A stretch of DNA of 64,000 bases from Candidatus Poribacteria bacterium (GCA_965208325.1 OZ242326.1:4352001-4416000); one strand, 5' to 3'. Counted from the stretch's first letter, positions 19,647-30,713 are shown. The notes: generated by a model from the letters alone, not told the origin. Numbers and translations: made by a program.

Positions 19647-20693
19647 TTATCTTGCCGATGTACTGTCCAACTGCTTGACCCATCCCCAACTCAGCGGCTG
19701 CTTGCCCGCGGGAGATACGGCAAATTCGACGACAAAATCGGGATCAAACCAAGCGGGTCCCCGGTTAATCGATCCAGCTTCTCCAATAACCGGCAGGTTA
19801 AACCGATTTTCGTGATTTCCTTTTCCAGCTGCATTCTTCACATCGTAGATGACTATCCAAGCGGAACCGCCCGCGAACATAATCGTTGCTACTTGCTTGT
19901 CGTTCGGATTCCAGGTTATATCTTGTTTTTCTTCCTGGCTAAAGATTTCAAATACGTTTTGGGCTCCATCTTCGCCAACTTCGGCGTCCATTACCCACAC
20001 GTTTCCGGTTCCGTCTCGCCGCGTAATCCATGCAATCCGGTCTCCTTCAAACGAAAATTCCGGCTGAATATCCTCGCCCTTATGATTTGTGTAATTCACC
20101 TGGTTTCCGCCATCGGAATTCATCACGTAGATGTCTCCGAGCGTGCGTCCGCGTTTGGATGAGAACGCAATCCGCCGACCGTCCGGCGACCAAGATGGCA
20201 TTTTGTCTGGGGCGGGGTCGTTTGTGAGATTGGCAATAATATTGCCACCATCCGACATTACATAAATTTCGAGGTTCCCGTCCCTATTAGAAGCGATGGC
20301 GAGCTTTCTGCCGCCAGGGTGCCAATCGGGCCAGCTATCTACGCCTTCATGATCGGTGATTCGCCGCAGATTCTTGCCGTTGGCGTCTACGATATAGATG
20401 TCGGTATTTTTCTGTGAAGTCGCATGGAAGGCGAGTTTGCGGCCATCCGGTGACCATTCAAGTCCAAGCGGCCGCGGGTCTTCGTTATCTGTTGCAAGGT
20501 TGAACAATGCATTCACAGCACCGCCGCCTTTCCCTTCAGGATTAGTCAAAAAAATTGTCTCCTCGCCGGATACAGCTATTGTCGCTTCGTTGGGTGCGAT
20601 CGCCTGCCCGCCCATAGGAAAAACGAGGTTGATTAGGATTACTAATTTGGAGAATGCCAAGATTCTCAAAGTCAATAGCGTTCTGTTTTGCAT
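19647..20693 (-). CDS. TolB-like/PD40 beta-propeller, secreted
   Basis: WSPDGRKLAF, SNRDGN.EIYVM..DG repeats; start MQNRTLL after an AG-rich RBS. Confidence 0.85.
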   Translation of the reverse strand: MQNRTLLTLRILAFSKLVILINLVFPMGGQAIAPNEATIAVSGEETIFLTNPEGKGGGAVNALFNLATDNEDPRPLGLEWSPDGRKLAFHATSQKNTDIYIVDANGKNLRRITDHEGVDSWPDWHPGGRKLAIASNRDGNLEIYVMSDGGNIIANLTNDPAPDKMPSWSPDGRRIAFSSKRGRTLGDIYVMNSDGGNQVNYTNHKGEDIQPEFSFEGDRIAWITRRDGTGNVWVMDAEVGEDGAQNVFEIFSQEEKQDITWNPNDKQVATIMFAGGSAWIVIYDVKNAAGKGNHENRFNLPVIGEAGSINRGPAWFDPDFVVEFAVSPAGKQPLSWGWVKQLDSTSAR

Positions 20694-20854
20694 AAGTCTT
20701 TCCTCCTCTTTACAATTTGAAAATTCACGGCAAACGCCGTCTATCCAAAAACTGTCCGAGAACCAATTGGAATAGTAAATTAATTTGGATCGAGTGTTGT
20801 GCTGCACCTTATTTTCAACTGTATGGCTCGCAAATTCTGCACGTGCCGTAGTGC

Positions 20855-22327
20855 CTACTCAACCATGCCAATCTTCGCCGCCTCGGGCGCGCGTGTCGGC
20901 AAGCTCTGTGTTGCAAGCTGATCCTCCGGGACGTAGCGAGAGTAATCTGAAATCTTTCCGTGGGTCAAAGCGTATACCGCTACGTTGGTCATAAACCGAT
21001 ACACGCCGGGAGAATAGTGCACGGACCGCGTCGGCAGGCTTACGGCTTCCATTGCGCACATGTAGTCACGGCGGACCAGCAACACCGAAAGCTTTTCGCC
21101 TACGGAAATGCCTTCGAGGAAATTCCGCTTCGGCGGCTGTGTGCCAAACCAGAAGATATCGAAACCGACCGGCGGTCCGCCCATTTCGTAAAAGTTGTTA
21201 TAGACTTCATGGTCATTGGGAATCCGTTCCAACTGGTATTCTGGCATCACATAGCGCATTTGAGCCATGAATATGCGAACAGTTGCTTGAGCCGCCCGAT
21301 TTACGCCGCAATCATCGAATATTAGAATTCCGCCCCTGTCAACAAGGTATCGCCGCAACCCAGCCGCTTCCGGCTCAGTAAACCTGCTGTTCAGCGTTGC
21401 ACCTAAGCCGCCCTTGTTCACATGCGTCCGCACGAGGGCAGGATCATGCCCTGTCATGAATGCCATTGGAGTCTTTTGCAGATTGGCGTCCGTTAATTTC
21501 AGCGCGCCACCTTCAACGTTCATGTCGGTTTTGATTTTCGTCCGCTCATTGAGCCATTTTGTCAGCGCATTCAGCGATGACGCATCTGCCCACCAATCGG
21601 CAAGATTGTGCCGGATTCGTGCAAATCGGAAGACGCCTTGTATGTCGCGCCCTTTGCCAATGACTCGACCCCCAGGCTCTCCTCTCGGCAGGGGCGGAAC
21701 ATCGACATTGCCGAGCGTGATGCTTTCAACTACATCGCCTAGCGCATCTCGTGCAGCACCAACCTGCTCCACCATCGTCAGACCCGGTGGACGTTCAAAT
21801 GCAACCTTTACCTGCACTATCCCGCCGGCAATCCCGCGTCCAATATTCGACGGGCCGGCACTTGGTGCAGACGCAACAGGCCCGGAAAACGCCAATGCGC
21901 CCGGCGCATCAGATACCGGCAAATCGGCATGCGTTGTTATTTGCGGAACCGGCGCATTCGGGTTAACGACTTTGGGAACATTAGGATTGATGGGTTGGTC
22001 TAGTTTGACGACTTTATTCGAAAATTCGAGCACGGTTTGTGGCTCGATTGTAGACGTACGAACGACCGCAGCGGTTGTGACTCTGGGTTGAACCTGAACC
22101 TGTTCAACGACAACGGTGTTATCCGTTGGAATAGTCGGTTTAATCTGTTTAATAACCGGCTTACGTACTTGGGGTTTTGGCGGCTCAGGCGGTTCAAGCA
22201 CTTGTGCACCGACTAAGTCTTTGAATTGCGGGGTTTGTGTGACGAGATAAACACCTAGAATCAGCACAGCGACGCCGTGAAGAATCAACGATGTCATCAA
22301 GGCACCTGAAATCTTCTTGGCACTCAT
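20855..22327 (-). CDS. Membrane-anchored protein with Pro-rich linker and C-terminal DUF4159-like domain
   Basis: N-terminal S..LH TM anchor, PPEPPKP linker, FMTGH...LRRYL..GG.L.FDDC and IP.DH.VY..FY motifs. Confidence 0.7.
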   Translation of the reverse strand: MSAKKISGALMTSLILHGVAVLILGVYLVTQTPQFKDLVGAQVLEPPEPPKPQVRKPVIKQIKPTIPTDNTVVVEQVQVQPRVTTAAVVRTSTIEPQTVLEFSNKVVKLDQPINPNVPKVVNPNAPVPQITTHADLPVSDAPGALAFSGPVASAPSAGPSNIGRGIAGGIVQVKVAFERPPGLTMVEQVGAARDALGDVVESITLGNVDVPPLPRGEPGGRVIGKGRDIQGVFRFARIRHNLADWWADASSLNALTKWLNERTKIKTDMNVEGGALKLTDANLQKTPMAFMTGHDPALVRTHVNKGGLGATLNSRFTEPEAAGLRRYLVDRGGILIFDDCGVNRAAQATVRIFMAQMRYVMPEYQLERIPNDHEVYNNFYEMGGPPVGFDIFWFGTQPPKRNFLEGISVGEKLSVLLVRRDYMCAMEAVSLPTRSVHYSPGVYRFMTNVAVYALTHGKISDYSRYVPEDQLATQSLPTRAPEAAKIGMVE

Positions 22328-22405
22328 CTTCCGTGTCGCCTCCGATTCGTATTAGTAAGCGCGGCATGGGACCTATAATTCAACTGCGCCGCCAGTACAA
22401 AGCCT

Positions 22406-23434
22406 TTATTCTGGCCTGTAAATCCCTGTGCCTAGCTGTTTAATCCAACTCCAGGTCAAGGGGCGCTTTTTGCCGGGCGATACTGCATACGGCACAACAA
22501 AGTCCGGGTCAAACCAATCCGGAGAACGGCTGCCTTGCCATTCTGCGCCAAGCGGCAAGACTTTTCCATCTGCACGTACATCGTCGACAACCTTATCTGA
22601 TTCCATCACGGCAATTTCCACAAACGGAGCATCTGAAAGGACGAGCATTGTTCCATCGGGAGACCACGCCGGGTCAAAGTTACATCGCGGCCCAGGCGTG
22701 AGGTTTTTCACGTTTTCACCGTTGGCGTCCATGGTGTGCAGATCGCCCGTCCCATTGCGCCTAGATGTCCAGACAATCTTTTGGCTGTTCGGCGACCAAC
22801 GGGGATAGCTGTCATCGCCGCGGTGGTTAGTCAAATTCAAGGGGTTTTCACCACTCGCATCCATCGTGTATACATCTGAAATAGTTCTACCCCGCTTGGA
22901 AGCGAAGGCAATCATTCGACCGTCGGCTGACCAATCAGGTTGCCTGTCGGGAGCAGCGTCGTTAGTCAGGTTCACCCCGACGTTCCCGTTAGCTGTCAAT
23001 GTGTAGATTTCGTAATTGCCATCCCGATTGGTGGTGAACGCAAGCCGTTGTCCGCTAGGATGCCACGTGGGCCAACTATCCTCGGCTTCATGGTTGGTCA
23101 GTCTCTTGAGCTTCTCGCCATCGGCGTTAACCACGTAGATATCAATGTTGCCGTCCAACTTGGTATGGAACGCCACCCTTTGTCCATCTGGCGACCACCT
23201 AACCCCTAACGGCTGTTCGTCCGCTTTAAGCCGTAAATCAATTAACGGACGAAGATTTGCACTGTCGGGGTCCATCAGCCAAAGGTCGCCTTCCGGTTGG
23301 CTGCTCGAAAACACAATGGTCGGATCCTCGGGTGCCCGCTGCGCAATTGCGCCGGACGCAACAACCATGCTGCCAATAAGGAACGTAGTTACTGAAAATA
23401 CAAGCCGCGTTGCGAATGGTATTCTATGTTGCAT
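22406..23434 (-). CDS. TolB-like/PD40 beta-propeller, secreted (paralog of 19647 and 25613)
   Basis: PD40 repeats; shared SWPTWHPSG, SKRGRT.SD segments. Confidence 0.85.
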   Translation of the reverse strand: MQHRIPFATRLVFSVTTFLIGSMVVASGAIAQRAPEDPTIVFSSSQPEGDLWLMDPDSANLRPLIDLRLKADEQPLGVRWSPDGQRVAFHTKLDGNIDIYVVNADGEKLKRLTNHEAEDSWPTWHPSGQRLAFTTNRDGNYEIYTLTANGNVGVNLTNDAAPDRQPDWSADGRMIAFASKRGRTISDVYTMDASGENPLNLTNHRGDDSYPRWSPNSQKIVWTSRRNGTGDLHTMDANGENVKNLTPGPRCNFDPAWSPDGTMLVLSDAPFVEIAVMESDKVVDDVRADGKVLPLGAEWQGSRSPDWFDPDFVVPYAVSPGKKRPLTWSWIKQLGTGIYRPE

Positions 23435-23638
23435 TCGTGTTTTCTCCTCTCGCTGTTTCAGAGTTGCCGGTTAGAGATATTTTATAACTAACGGCTCCAA
23501 TTGTCAATCAATTTAAAGGGCGATTGCGTAACTGCTCATTGGGAAGGAACGTACGGTATTCGTGCCTGACTCGACGTTTCAGCGTCTGCGTTAGCCTGCA
23601 TTTAAACGACGGTCCGCGGATATTTGACAACTGTTGCA

Positions 23639-25546
23639 CTACTTGCTTACCCTCTGCCTAGCTTGCCGAATGGCATCAAGGCCCTGCTGATACGTTGCGT
23701 TCTCGGGCTGCAGCGTCAGCGCTTTCTGAATTGCGTCTTCTGCCCTCCCGTAGTCTTTCGTGCGGTATAACAACCAAGACAGCGTATTCAGATGTTCCGC
23801 CGCGTTGGGTTGAAGTTTGACGGCTTCTCGCGCGAGTTCCACCGCCCTGTCAAGGTGGATGTCCTGGGCGCCGTATAGATGCGCCAGCCGTTCGTAGGCG
23901 TGCGCAAATGAGGTACCTAGAGCAACTGCCCGTTCAAATGCCCGCACAGCTTCGTCGTTCCGACTTTGCGCCGCATGGATTGTGCCCAAAAAGTAGTATG
24001 CATCTGCCATGTCCGGTTGACGCCTCAGCGCCGCATTCAAGTTATTTGCCCCGTCATCTAACCGTCCTTCCCGGACAGCGATGACACCGAGGATGTAATG
24101 CGGTTCAGCAAGCTCGGGGTCGCTGGCAGTGACCAGTTTATAGTGGTGAACCGCTTGTTGAACCAGTCCTTGGCGCAAGTAGACGCGGGCCAGCCCCAGA
24201 AAAACCTTTGGGTCGCTTAACCCGAACGACAGCAGTTTTTCAAATGCCGTTTGAGCTTCTTTAAAACGGGATAGTTGAAAGGCGATATTGCCCACGTTCT
24301 GCCACGATTCTACAGAGTCGGGTTCAAATTCCAGCGCTTTTCGATACGCCGAAAGGGCGCGGCCGTAAGCCGCAGCATCTTTGGATGCCTGCGCTTTCTT
24401 AAACCAGATTAATCCCAAACCCCGGTGCACGGCAGCCGACTCCGGTTCCAATTCAACTGCGCGTTGCTGCGCCGTAATCGCGTCGTCAAGTTTGCCGCGC
24501 ATCGTATAAACATGCGCCAACCCCTTATGTGCTTCCGTCGAGTTTGGATAGTGCGCCACGGCTTTTTGGAACTGTTTTATTGCTTCTGCATAAATTTTGT
24601 CCCGATTGGGTTCCCACCCAGGCTGCGCGGCGAGTGCATCGGCTTGTGCCATGCTCTTGAGGCCTGCGTCTATAGCATCATTTGCTGTCAACTGCCCTTT
24701 TATCCGCCGATACCGCTGCATCTCGGATTCGGCTTCCGCTGTTCTCCCTTGCTTAAAATACAACAGTCCCAACTGATAGTACGCGCTTTCCATCTGAGCG
24801 TCAATGCGAATAGCTTCGCGGAAAGCAGCCTCCGCGCCATTCTCCTGTTCCTTTGAGAGATTTACCATACCAAGTTGGAAATAGACTTTGGCGAGCGGCG
24901 GCCCCAAATTTATCGCGCGTCCGAAATGTTCGGCAGCTTGGTCAACCCTGCCCTGTTCAAATGCGATTCGCCCAAGAAAGTAAATCACATGCGCGGGCAG
25001 CAGCGCATCCACGCCATACGCGCCTAATCCCGCTTGAGGCGAGGACGGTGCAGTACGGTATTTCGGCGCGTCCGGCGACACCATCAGTGCGAAGGCCTTT
25101 TCGAATTCGGCGATTGCGCGATCATAATCATGGCGCTGAAAGTGAACCATTCCCAGCTGCGCGTGAGCCTGGTCCCAATCTGGGAAGAGCTGAATAGCTC
25201 GCTCAAGCACGGGTATCGCCCGCTCATATTCTTCTCGCAGGTAGTAGATGCCGCCCAAGCGGTGGTAGATACTGGCATCTTCTGAATCTAACCGAAGCGC
25301 GTTTGAAAAAGCCGCTTCCGCTTCGTCTGTCGCATCAAGCGACAGGTACGCCAATCCCAGATTCAAATGGGCTTCGGCCGAGTCGGGGTTTTCATCGACC
25401 GCCTTTTTGTACGGAGCGACCGCTTGCGACAACCCGAATGCCGCATCTTGGGGCTGTGAAACCGTGCACAGTCCAATTAGCATGACCGAAATAAAACCCG
25501 CAAAAGCGAAACTCCGGCTTGTTCGCGGAAGGAAGCAGGTAATCAA
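23639..25546 (-). CDS. Tetratricopeptide repeat protein, exported
   Basis: Many AH..LG..Y...G...EA...F..A...P repeats; N-terminal hydrophobic segment. Confidence 0.88.
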   Translation of the reverse strand: MITCFLPRTSRSFAFAGFISVMLIGLCTVSQPQDAAFGLSQAVAPYKKAVDENPDSAEAHLNLGLAYLSLDATDEAEAAFSNALRLDSEDASIYHRLGGIYYLREEYERAIPVLERAIQLFPDWDQAHAQLGMVHFQRHDYDRAIAEFEKAFALMVSPDAPKYRTAPSSPQAGLGAYGVDALLPAHVIYFLGRIAFEQGRVDQAAEHFGRAINLGPPLAKVYFQLGMVNLSKEQENGAEAAFREAIRIDAQMESAYYQLGLLYFKQGRTAEAESEMQRYRRIKGQLTANDAIDAGLKSMAQADALAAQPGWEPNRDKIYAEAIKQFQKAVAHYPNSTEAHKGLAHVYTMRGKLDDAITAQQRAVELEPESAAVHRGLGLIWFKKAQASKDAAAYGRALSAYRKALEFEPDSVESWQNVGNIAFQLSRFKEAQTAFEKLLSFGLSDPKVFLGLARVYLRQGLVQQAVHHYKLVTASDPELAEPHYILGVIAVREGRLDDGANNLNAALRRQPDMADAYYFLGTIHAAQSRNDEAVRAFERAVALGTSFAHAYERLAHLYGAQDIHLDRAVELAREAVKLQPNAAEHLNTLSWLLYRTKDYGRAEDAIQKALTLQPENATYQQGLDAIRQARQRVSK

Positions 25547-25612
25547 GAACTAACCTCATTTTTGTGGATGAATTAAATCACTATGGATAAATAGCGTAGG
25601 GGCTAGGAATTT

Positions 25613-26665
25613 TCAGTCTCGCGGCCCTAAATTTTTTATCCATCCCCACGTAAGCGGGCGCTTGTCAGCAGGCTCAACATCGAATGGCGGCGCTGGAAAT
25701 GCGGGGTCGAACCAAGCTGGAGACCGGGCGCGCCTGCCTTTATCTAGCACAAGAATCTGTAAGAAATTTTTCGCCGCCTTGAGGTCCGCTTCGAGCGTTT
25801 CTCCAACGCCAAGCTCGTCGATTGCGTGGTAAAGGAAGATGCCTTGCGGGAATGACAGGGAGGCGATGCTTTTGCCGTCTGGAGACCATGTAGCATCCTT
25901 CTTCTCCTCGGTGCTCTTTACCCACCGCTGATTTTCGCCATCCGAATCAATGATGTAGATGTCACCCGTGCCGTCTCGCCGAGATACCCACGCCAATGTT
26001 TCACCGTCAGGCGACCACCTCGGTTGAATATCCTGGCCTTTATGATTGGTGATATTCTGCAGATTTTCGCCTTTCGAATCCATCACATAGATATCTGCAA
26101 TCGTGCGGCCTCGCTTGGTCGAAAACGCAATCTTTCGCCCGTCAGGCGACCAAGACGGGTCAATATCGGGCGCAGCGTCTGCTGTGAGGTTTCCGCCGAC
26201 ATTGCCTTGCGCCGTCATGGTGTAGATTTCAAAATTCCCGTCACGGTTGGTGGCGAACGCCAGTTTTTGACCGCTCGGATGCCACGTGGGCGAGCTGTCT
26301 TCCGCCTCATGCTCGGTAAGCCTCCGCAAATTTTTCCCGTCGGCGTTCACGGAATATACGTCAATGTTGTCCTTCAAGTTAGTATGGAAAGCCAACATTT
26401 CACCGGTTGGGGACCATACCAAGCCCGCCGGCACCGGCTCGCCGTCAATTTCTAATACCAAGAAAGGAGGGTTTACACCTGCCGGATCCATTGACCAGAT
26501 GCCTACTTCGCCCGCCACACCGTCGGTGCCCACGACTATCGTTGGCACCATTGGTGCTTGAGCCTGCCCGCTCTGGAGCGGAGCAATACAGTTTATGAGA
26601 AGCACGCCGATGAACACGACCGGCATGAATATGTCCCGGATCTGAAGGTTTTGTCGGATTTGCAT
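25613..26665 (-). CDS. TolB-like/PD40 beta-propeller, secreted
   Basis: PD40 repeats; GAGGTG RBS before MQIRQ. Confidence 0.85.
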   Translation of the reverse strand: MQIRQNLQIRDIFMPVVFIGVLLINCIAPLQSGQAQAPMVPTIVVGTDGVAGEVGIWSMDPAGVNPPFLVLEIDGEPVPAGLVWSPTGEMLAFHTNLKDNIDVYSVNADGKNLRRLTEHEAEDSSPTWHPSGQKLAFATNRDGNFEIYTMTAQGNVGGNLTADAAPDIDPSWSPDGRKIAFSTKRGRTIADIYVMDSKGENLQNITNHKGQDIQPRWSPDGETLAWVSRRDGTGDIYIIDSDGENQRWVKSTEEKKDATWSPDGKSIASLSFPQGIFLYHAIDELGVGETLEADLKAAKNFLQILVLDKGRRARSPAWFDPAFPAPPFDVEPADKRPLTWGWIKNLGPRD

Positions 26666-26817
26666 GGTTATCACCTCATCGTGTTGGTTAAGGTTAATGG
26701 ACAATCGCTAAGAGAATCCGGGAAGACGAATTCCTCGGCGCATTTACGCTCGGTATTGCCTGTGAAAACTCGACCGGTTTTTAGCTTGTTGAAACACGCG
26801 GTGAAGGCGGTTAAATA

Positions 26818-28563
26818 TTACTCACGACTCGACTCGGTAACGACAATCTCCTGATTAACCGTTACTTTTTCTAGGATTTGAACAATGCCGCTCGGCCAAT
26901 GAATTTCAAGGCGATCCACAATGGAATTATCGCCGAGACCAAAGTGGCAGCGCGGATCATTGCTGCACATTATACTTGACCCCGCACGCACCTCTTGAAC
27001 CCAAGACTGGGTACCCGCCGTCAAAGTCAGCCGCGCGCCGATGCCGCCGCGATTGCTAAGGACGCCCGCGAGTTTTACCCGCAACCAGTTTTTTTGATTG
27101 CCGCCTTCGTTGCGGAGTAACTGCGCTGCCTGATTCACCTGGGTCGTGACGATATCGCAATCGCCGTCGTTGTCATAATCTCCAAATATCGCGCCGCGGC
27201 TGACGCTCGGTTCATGAAAATATTTTCCCGAACTGAATGAAACTTCCCTGAACGTCCCGTCGCCTTTGTTATGAAACAGTTGATTTCGCTGCGCGTAAGT
27301 TAGAATGTCCGTTACCTGCGCTATATTGTCGATAATATGTCCGTTCGCGATAAAAATATCCAGATATCCATCGTTATCATAGTCGAAAAAGCGCGTACCA
27401 AATCCGACAAATAGAAAACTTTCATCACCGAGATGTGCGCCGTAGATTACATCGGAAAACGTACCATCCCCGTTGTTCTGGTAAAGCGCGTTCGTTTCAT
27501 AGGAAAGGTTGGTGACAAAGATGTCTAGATATCCGTCGCCGTTATAGTCGCCGGCATCAACCCCCATTCCCGCCTGCGCTACGCCGTTGAAGCTATAGGC
27601 GCAGCCCGCCAATAGCCCCGTCTCGGTAAACGTACCGTCCCCGTTGTTGTAGTAAAGGTAGTTCGGCGTATCGTCGTTTGCTACATAAATGTCAGCTTCG
27701 CCGTCGTTATTGAAATCTGCCGCGACGACACCCAAACCCTTCCCACTGTGCGGTCCTTCAGCTACTTTGAAACCTGCCTCCTCGGTGACGTTCGTGAATG
27801 TACCGTCTCCGTTGTTGCGGAAAAACTGATCGGGCGCGCCGTCGAAGTTTTTTGGGTGGCACAAAATGCGGATCCCGTCAACTTCACAAGGTGCATGCGG
27901 CACATCCAACGAATACCGCAAGTAATTCACAACGTAGAGGTCGAGGTCGCCGTCGCGGTCGTAATCAAGAAATGCGGCGCTGCTGCCCCACATCGGGTCC
28001 CCTACCCCTGCGGTTTCCGTGACATTGGTAAAGCTGCCGCCGCCGTTGTTCCGATAGAGCACATTGGCGCCGAAATTCGTTACGTATAAATCTGGATCGC
28101 CGTCATTATCGTAATCGCCGCACGCAGCGCCGACGCCGTAATTTCCGACATTGCCGGCGCCCGAATCGCTTGTCACATCCGTAAATGTGCTATCGCCGTT
28201 GTTGCGGTAGAGAGCGCATGTGACCGTACTTTCTCGTCCTTCGCCCGGTAATTCGCCGCTGTTCACGAGATACAAATCGAGGTCGCCGTCGTTGTCATAG
28301 TCAAGAAACGCTCCGCCGGCACCGAGTTGTTCGGGCAGATGGTAACCGCCTTTCGCCCCGTTTTGATGCCGAAAATGAATCCCCGCCTCCGCGGTAGCAT
28401 CAATGAACTTAATCTGTTCCCCAACGGCAAAGGCGTTGAGGCATATCATCATGAACGCCGTTGCCGCCGATAAACGAGTTAGATTCGTGACGAAAAACTC
28501 CGATTGACTATGGTTGATTGTCGATGTCCTTTGCCAGCCTAAATCCGATAAAACTTGTCCCAA
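26818..28563 (-). CDS. FG-GAP/VCBS repeat protein with C-terminal ASPIC/UnbV domain (CRTAC1-like); true start uncertain
   Basis: DYDNDGDLDLY and LYRNNGDGTFT repeats; N..GIGAR...HFGLG...LEIHWPSG tail. Confidence 0.9.
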   Translation of the reverse strand: MGQVLSDLGWQRTSTINHSQSEFFVTNLTRLSAATAFMMICLNAFAVGEQIKFIDATAEAGIHFRHQNGAKGGYHLPEQLGAGGAFLDYDNDGDLDLYLVNSGELPGEGRESTVTCALYRNNGDSTFTDVTSDSGAGNVGNYGVGAACGDYDNDGDPDLYVTNFGANVLYRNNGGGSFTNVTETAGVGDPMWGSSAAFLDYDRDGDLDLYVVNYLRYSLDVPHAPCEVDGIRILCHPKNFDGAPDQFFRNNGDGTFTNVTEEAGFKVAEGPHSGKGLGVVAADFNNDGEADIYVANDDTPNYLYYNNGDGTFTETGLLAGCAYSFNGVAQAGMGVDAGDYNGDGYLDIFVTNLSYETNALYQNNGDGTFSDVIYGAHLGDESFLFVGFGTRFFDYDNDGYLDIFIANGHIIDNIAQVTDILTYAQRNQLFHNKGDGTFREVSFSSGKYFHEPSVSRGAIFGDYDNDGDCDIVTTQVNQAAQLLRNEGGNQKNWLRVKLAGVLSNRGGIGARLTLTAGTQSWVQEVRAGSSIMCSNDPRCHFGLGDNSIVDRLEIHWPSGIVQILEKVTVNQEIVVTESSRE

Positions 28564-29371
28564 CCGCCGGGTGGTGTCCCATGCGTGTAATGCACCGAGC
28601 TAACTGCGGCCCATTTGCCCATGACCCGCCCCGCACCACGCGCCGACTGCCCACATCAGGACCCGCCGGGTTTTCGGTAGGGCTGCGATAGTAATAAGAT
28701 TCAGAAAACCAATCTGCGACCCACTCCCAGACATTGCCGCCCATATCGTATACGCCGTACGGGCTTGCGCCAGTCGGAAATTTCCCGACAGGCGCCAAGA
28801 CGTTGTCATATCCGTCTCGCCCATTCCACACATTTGCGTGGACATTTGCGCCGCGTATCGAAACGAAGAAGGCATTCCCCCACGGCCAAACACGTTGGTC
28901 GGTTCCCCGAGACGCTTTCTCCCACTCCGCTTCGGTGGGCAGCCGCTTATTCGCCCATTTGGCATACGCGTCCGCTGCGGCCCAAGAAATACCCACAACG
29001 GGATAGTTCGGCTTGGACTGCGCAATCTCGGGCCAATCCCCCAGTCCGACCTCCTCGCCGTAACTGACTGGAGTGTGCTTACTGCGCTCTCCGCCATCCG
29101 ACATCCAGAAGGCAAAATAATCCGCGTTGGTGACCTCGTGTTTGTCGATGTAATAAGCGTCAATCGAAATCTGGTGCGCTGGTTTCGCGCCAATTCCCCC
29201 GGCATCGTCGCCCATGGTAAATTCACCGCCCGGTATCAACACCATCCCGCCGGGCGGGGTCAATGGACGCGGCGTTTCGGCCCCCTCGGCGTGCCCATGG
29301 GTTATCGGGAGATGCAGGACAGCCCAGAAGAAACAGAATAGATTGAAGGATAAACGGCAGTTTGCTGACAT
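28508..29371 (-). CDS. Formylglycine-generating enzyme (SUMF1)-domain protein, exported, probably not a catalytic FGE
   Basis: GGEFTMG, EVTN..Y, RLPTEAEWEKA, YDMGGNVWEW, RGGSW, GFR motifs; lacks the FGE CxxxxC after RGGS. Confidence 0.88.
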   Translation of the reverse strand: MSANCRLSFNLFCFFWAVLHLPITHGHAEGAETPRPLTPPGGMVLIPGGEFTMGDDAGGIGAKPAHQISIDAYYIDKHEVTNADYFAFWMSDGGERSKHTPVSYGEEVGLGDWPEIAQSKPNYPVVGISWAAADAYAKWANKRLPTEAEWEKASRGTDQRVWPWGNAFFVSIRGANVHANVWNGRDGYDNVLAPVGKFPTGASPYGVYDMGGNVWEWVADWFSESYYYRSPTENPAGPDVGSRRVVRGGSWANGPQLARCITRMGHHPAVGTSFIGFRLAKDIDNQP

Positions 29372-29382
29372 CGTAACGGGTT

Positions 29383-30567
29383 CTATTTTTCAGTTGTGAG
29401 ACGCTGATAGACGCGGTATTCCTCTTGCGCCTTGGCGGTGTCTCCTGCGAATTCATAGGTTTTCGACAGATTCAAGCGAAAACGCGGTTCGGAAGGATCC
29501 AAATGAATCGCATTTTGATAGGCTTCAATGGCTTGGCGATATTCCGTCATCATCAAATAAACACTGCCGAGACCGTTATGATACGCCGCAACATCAGGGC
29601 GGCGCTTTACAACTTCCTGGTATGCCTTCAATGCGCGCCCGTAGGCTTTCAATCGAAAATAGACGAATCCTAAGGCTTCATAGCTCCGCACAGATTCAGG
29701 GTCGAGCGCGATGCACTTTTCAAAGGCGAAGACAGCGGCGCCCCATTGCGCCCGTCCCACTTGGAGGCGGCCCAATGCATACCAGGCATCCCGGTTCGCC
29801 GCATCGCCGCCTACGATGCGCTGCAAACGCTCAATCTCTTCCCCTTCTTGCGTCAGCCGTTGAAAGGTTTCTAACGCCTCTGCCGCCTCCTCCGACAAGC
29901 CCATGCGGTGGTAGCAGTTGCCGAGGTTCAAGTATGCCTTGGCATTGAACGGATCTTGTTCGATTATCCGTTGGAAGAGTGTGCTCGCCGCTTCAAATTC
30001 TCCGCGCTGGAAATAAGCCAATCCGAGCGTATAATACGATTCCAATCGCGAAGGGTCGAGTTCTGCGGCGCGCCGGAGTTCGTGAATCGATTTATCCAGG
30101 CGTTGCTGCCGGAAGTAGGCTAAACCTAAAAGCCGTCGGCTCTCTGCATGATGCGGATCCATTTCGACCGCTTTCTGCAGCGGCGGAATTGCCTTCGACA
30201 CCTGCGCCAACACCTTTAGGTAAGTATCGCCTAATTTGTAATGGGCTTCGATGTAGTCCGGGTCGGTTATTGCGGCTTGTTGAAATGCACGCGTTGCGCT
30301 TTGCCACTTCTGTTGCGACCCGTAGACCATCCCCAAGTAATAGTGTGCGTCAGCGAGCGACGAATCCAGTTCTACGGCGCGTTGAAACGCTGCCTCCGCC
30401 TTATCATAATCTCGATGAAATATAGCCCGCTGCCCTTCGTCGTAGGCGCGAAGCGCCTGGTGGGCATCGGATTTCGCATGTGACGCTGCTATAGCGCGGA
30501 AGGTCAGCGCTAAAAAAAACACGCCAACCAGAATTGGTGTGTTCAGCGTAATTAGACCACTTTTCAT
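29383..30567 (-). CDS. Tetratricopeptide repeat protein, exported
   Basis: TPR repeats; signal-like N-terminus from MKSGLI. Confidence 0.87.
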   Translation of the reverse strand: MKSGLITLNTPILVGVFFLALTFRAIAASHAKSDAHQALRAYDEGQRAIFHRDYDKAEAAFQRAVELDSSLADAHYYLGMVYGSQQKWQSATRAFQQAAITDPDYIEAHYKLGDTYLKVLAQVSKAIPPLQKAVEMDPHHAESRRLLGLAYFRQQRLDKSIHELRRAAELDPSRLESYYTLGLAYFQRGEFEAASTLFQRIIEQDPFNAKAYLNLGNCYHRMGLSEEAAEALETFQRLTQEGEEIERLQRIVGGDAANRDAWYALGRLQVGRAQWGAAVFAFEKCIALDPESVRSYEALGFVYFRLKAYGRALKAYQEVVKRRPDVAAYHNGLGSVYLMMTEYRQAIEAYQNAIHLDPSEPRFRLNLSKTYEFAGDTAKAQEEYRVYQRLTTEK

Positions 30568-30713
30568 AACATCGCAAAATGCGAATAGATAGGGGAAAAC
30601 CCGCCATGCGTAAGTGCACACGACGGGATTTTCCCGAATTCAAATTCAATCAGAGCGCCGCGAATTGCTAACGGCCAACAATACTAGCGTCGCTGCAGTT
30701 GAGGTTAAATTAG

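Noticed and set aside
28508..29371. True formylglycine-generating enzyme or DGR target
   Set aside because: The catalytic Cys pair is absent, and no template repeat of its 3' end was seen in the window
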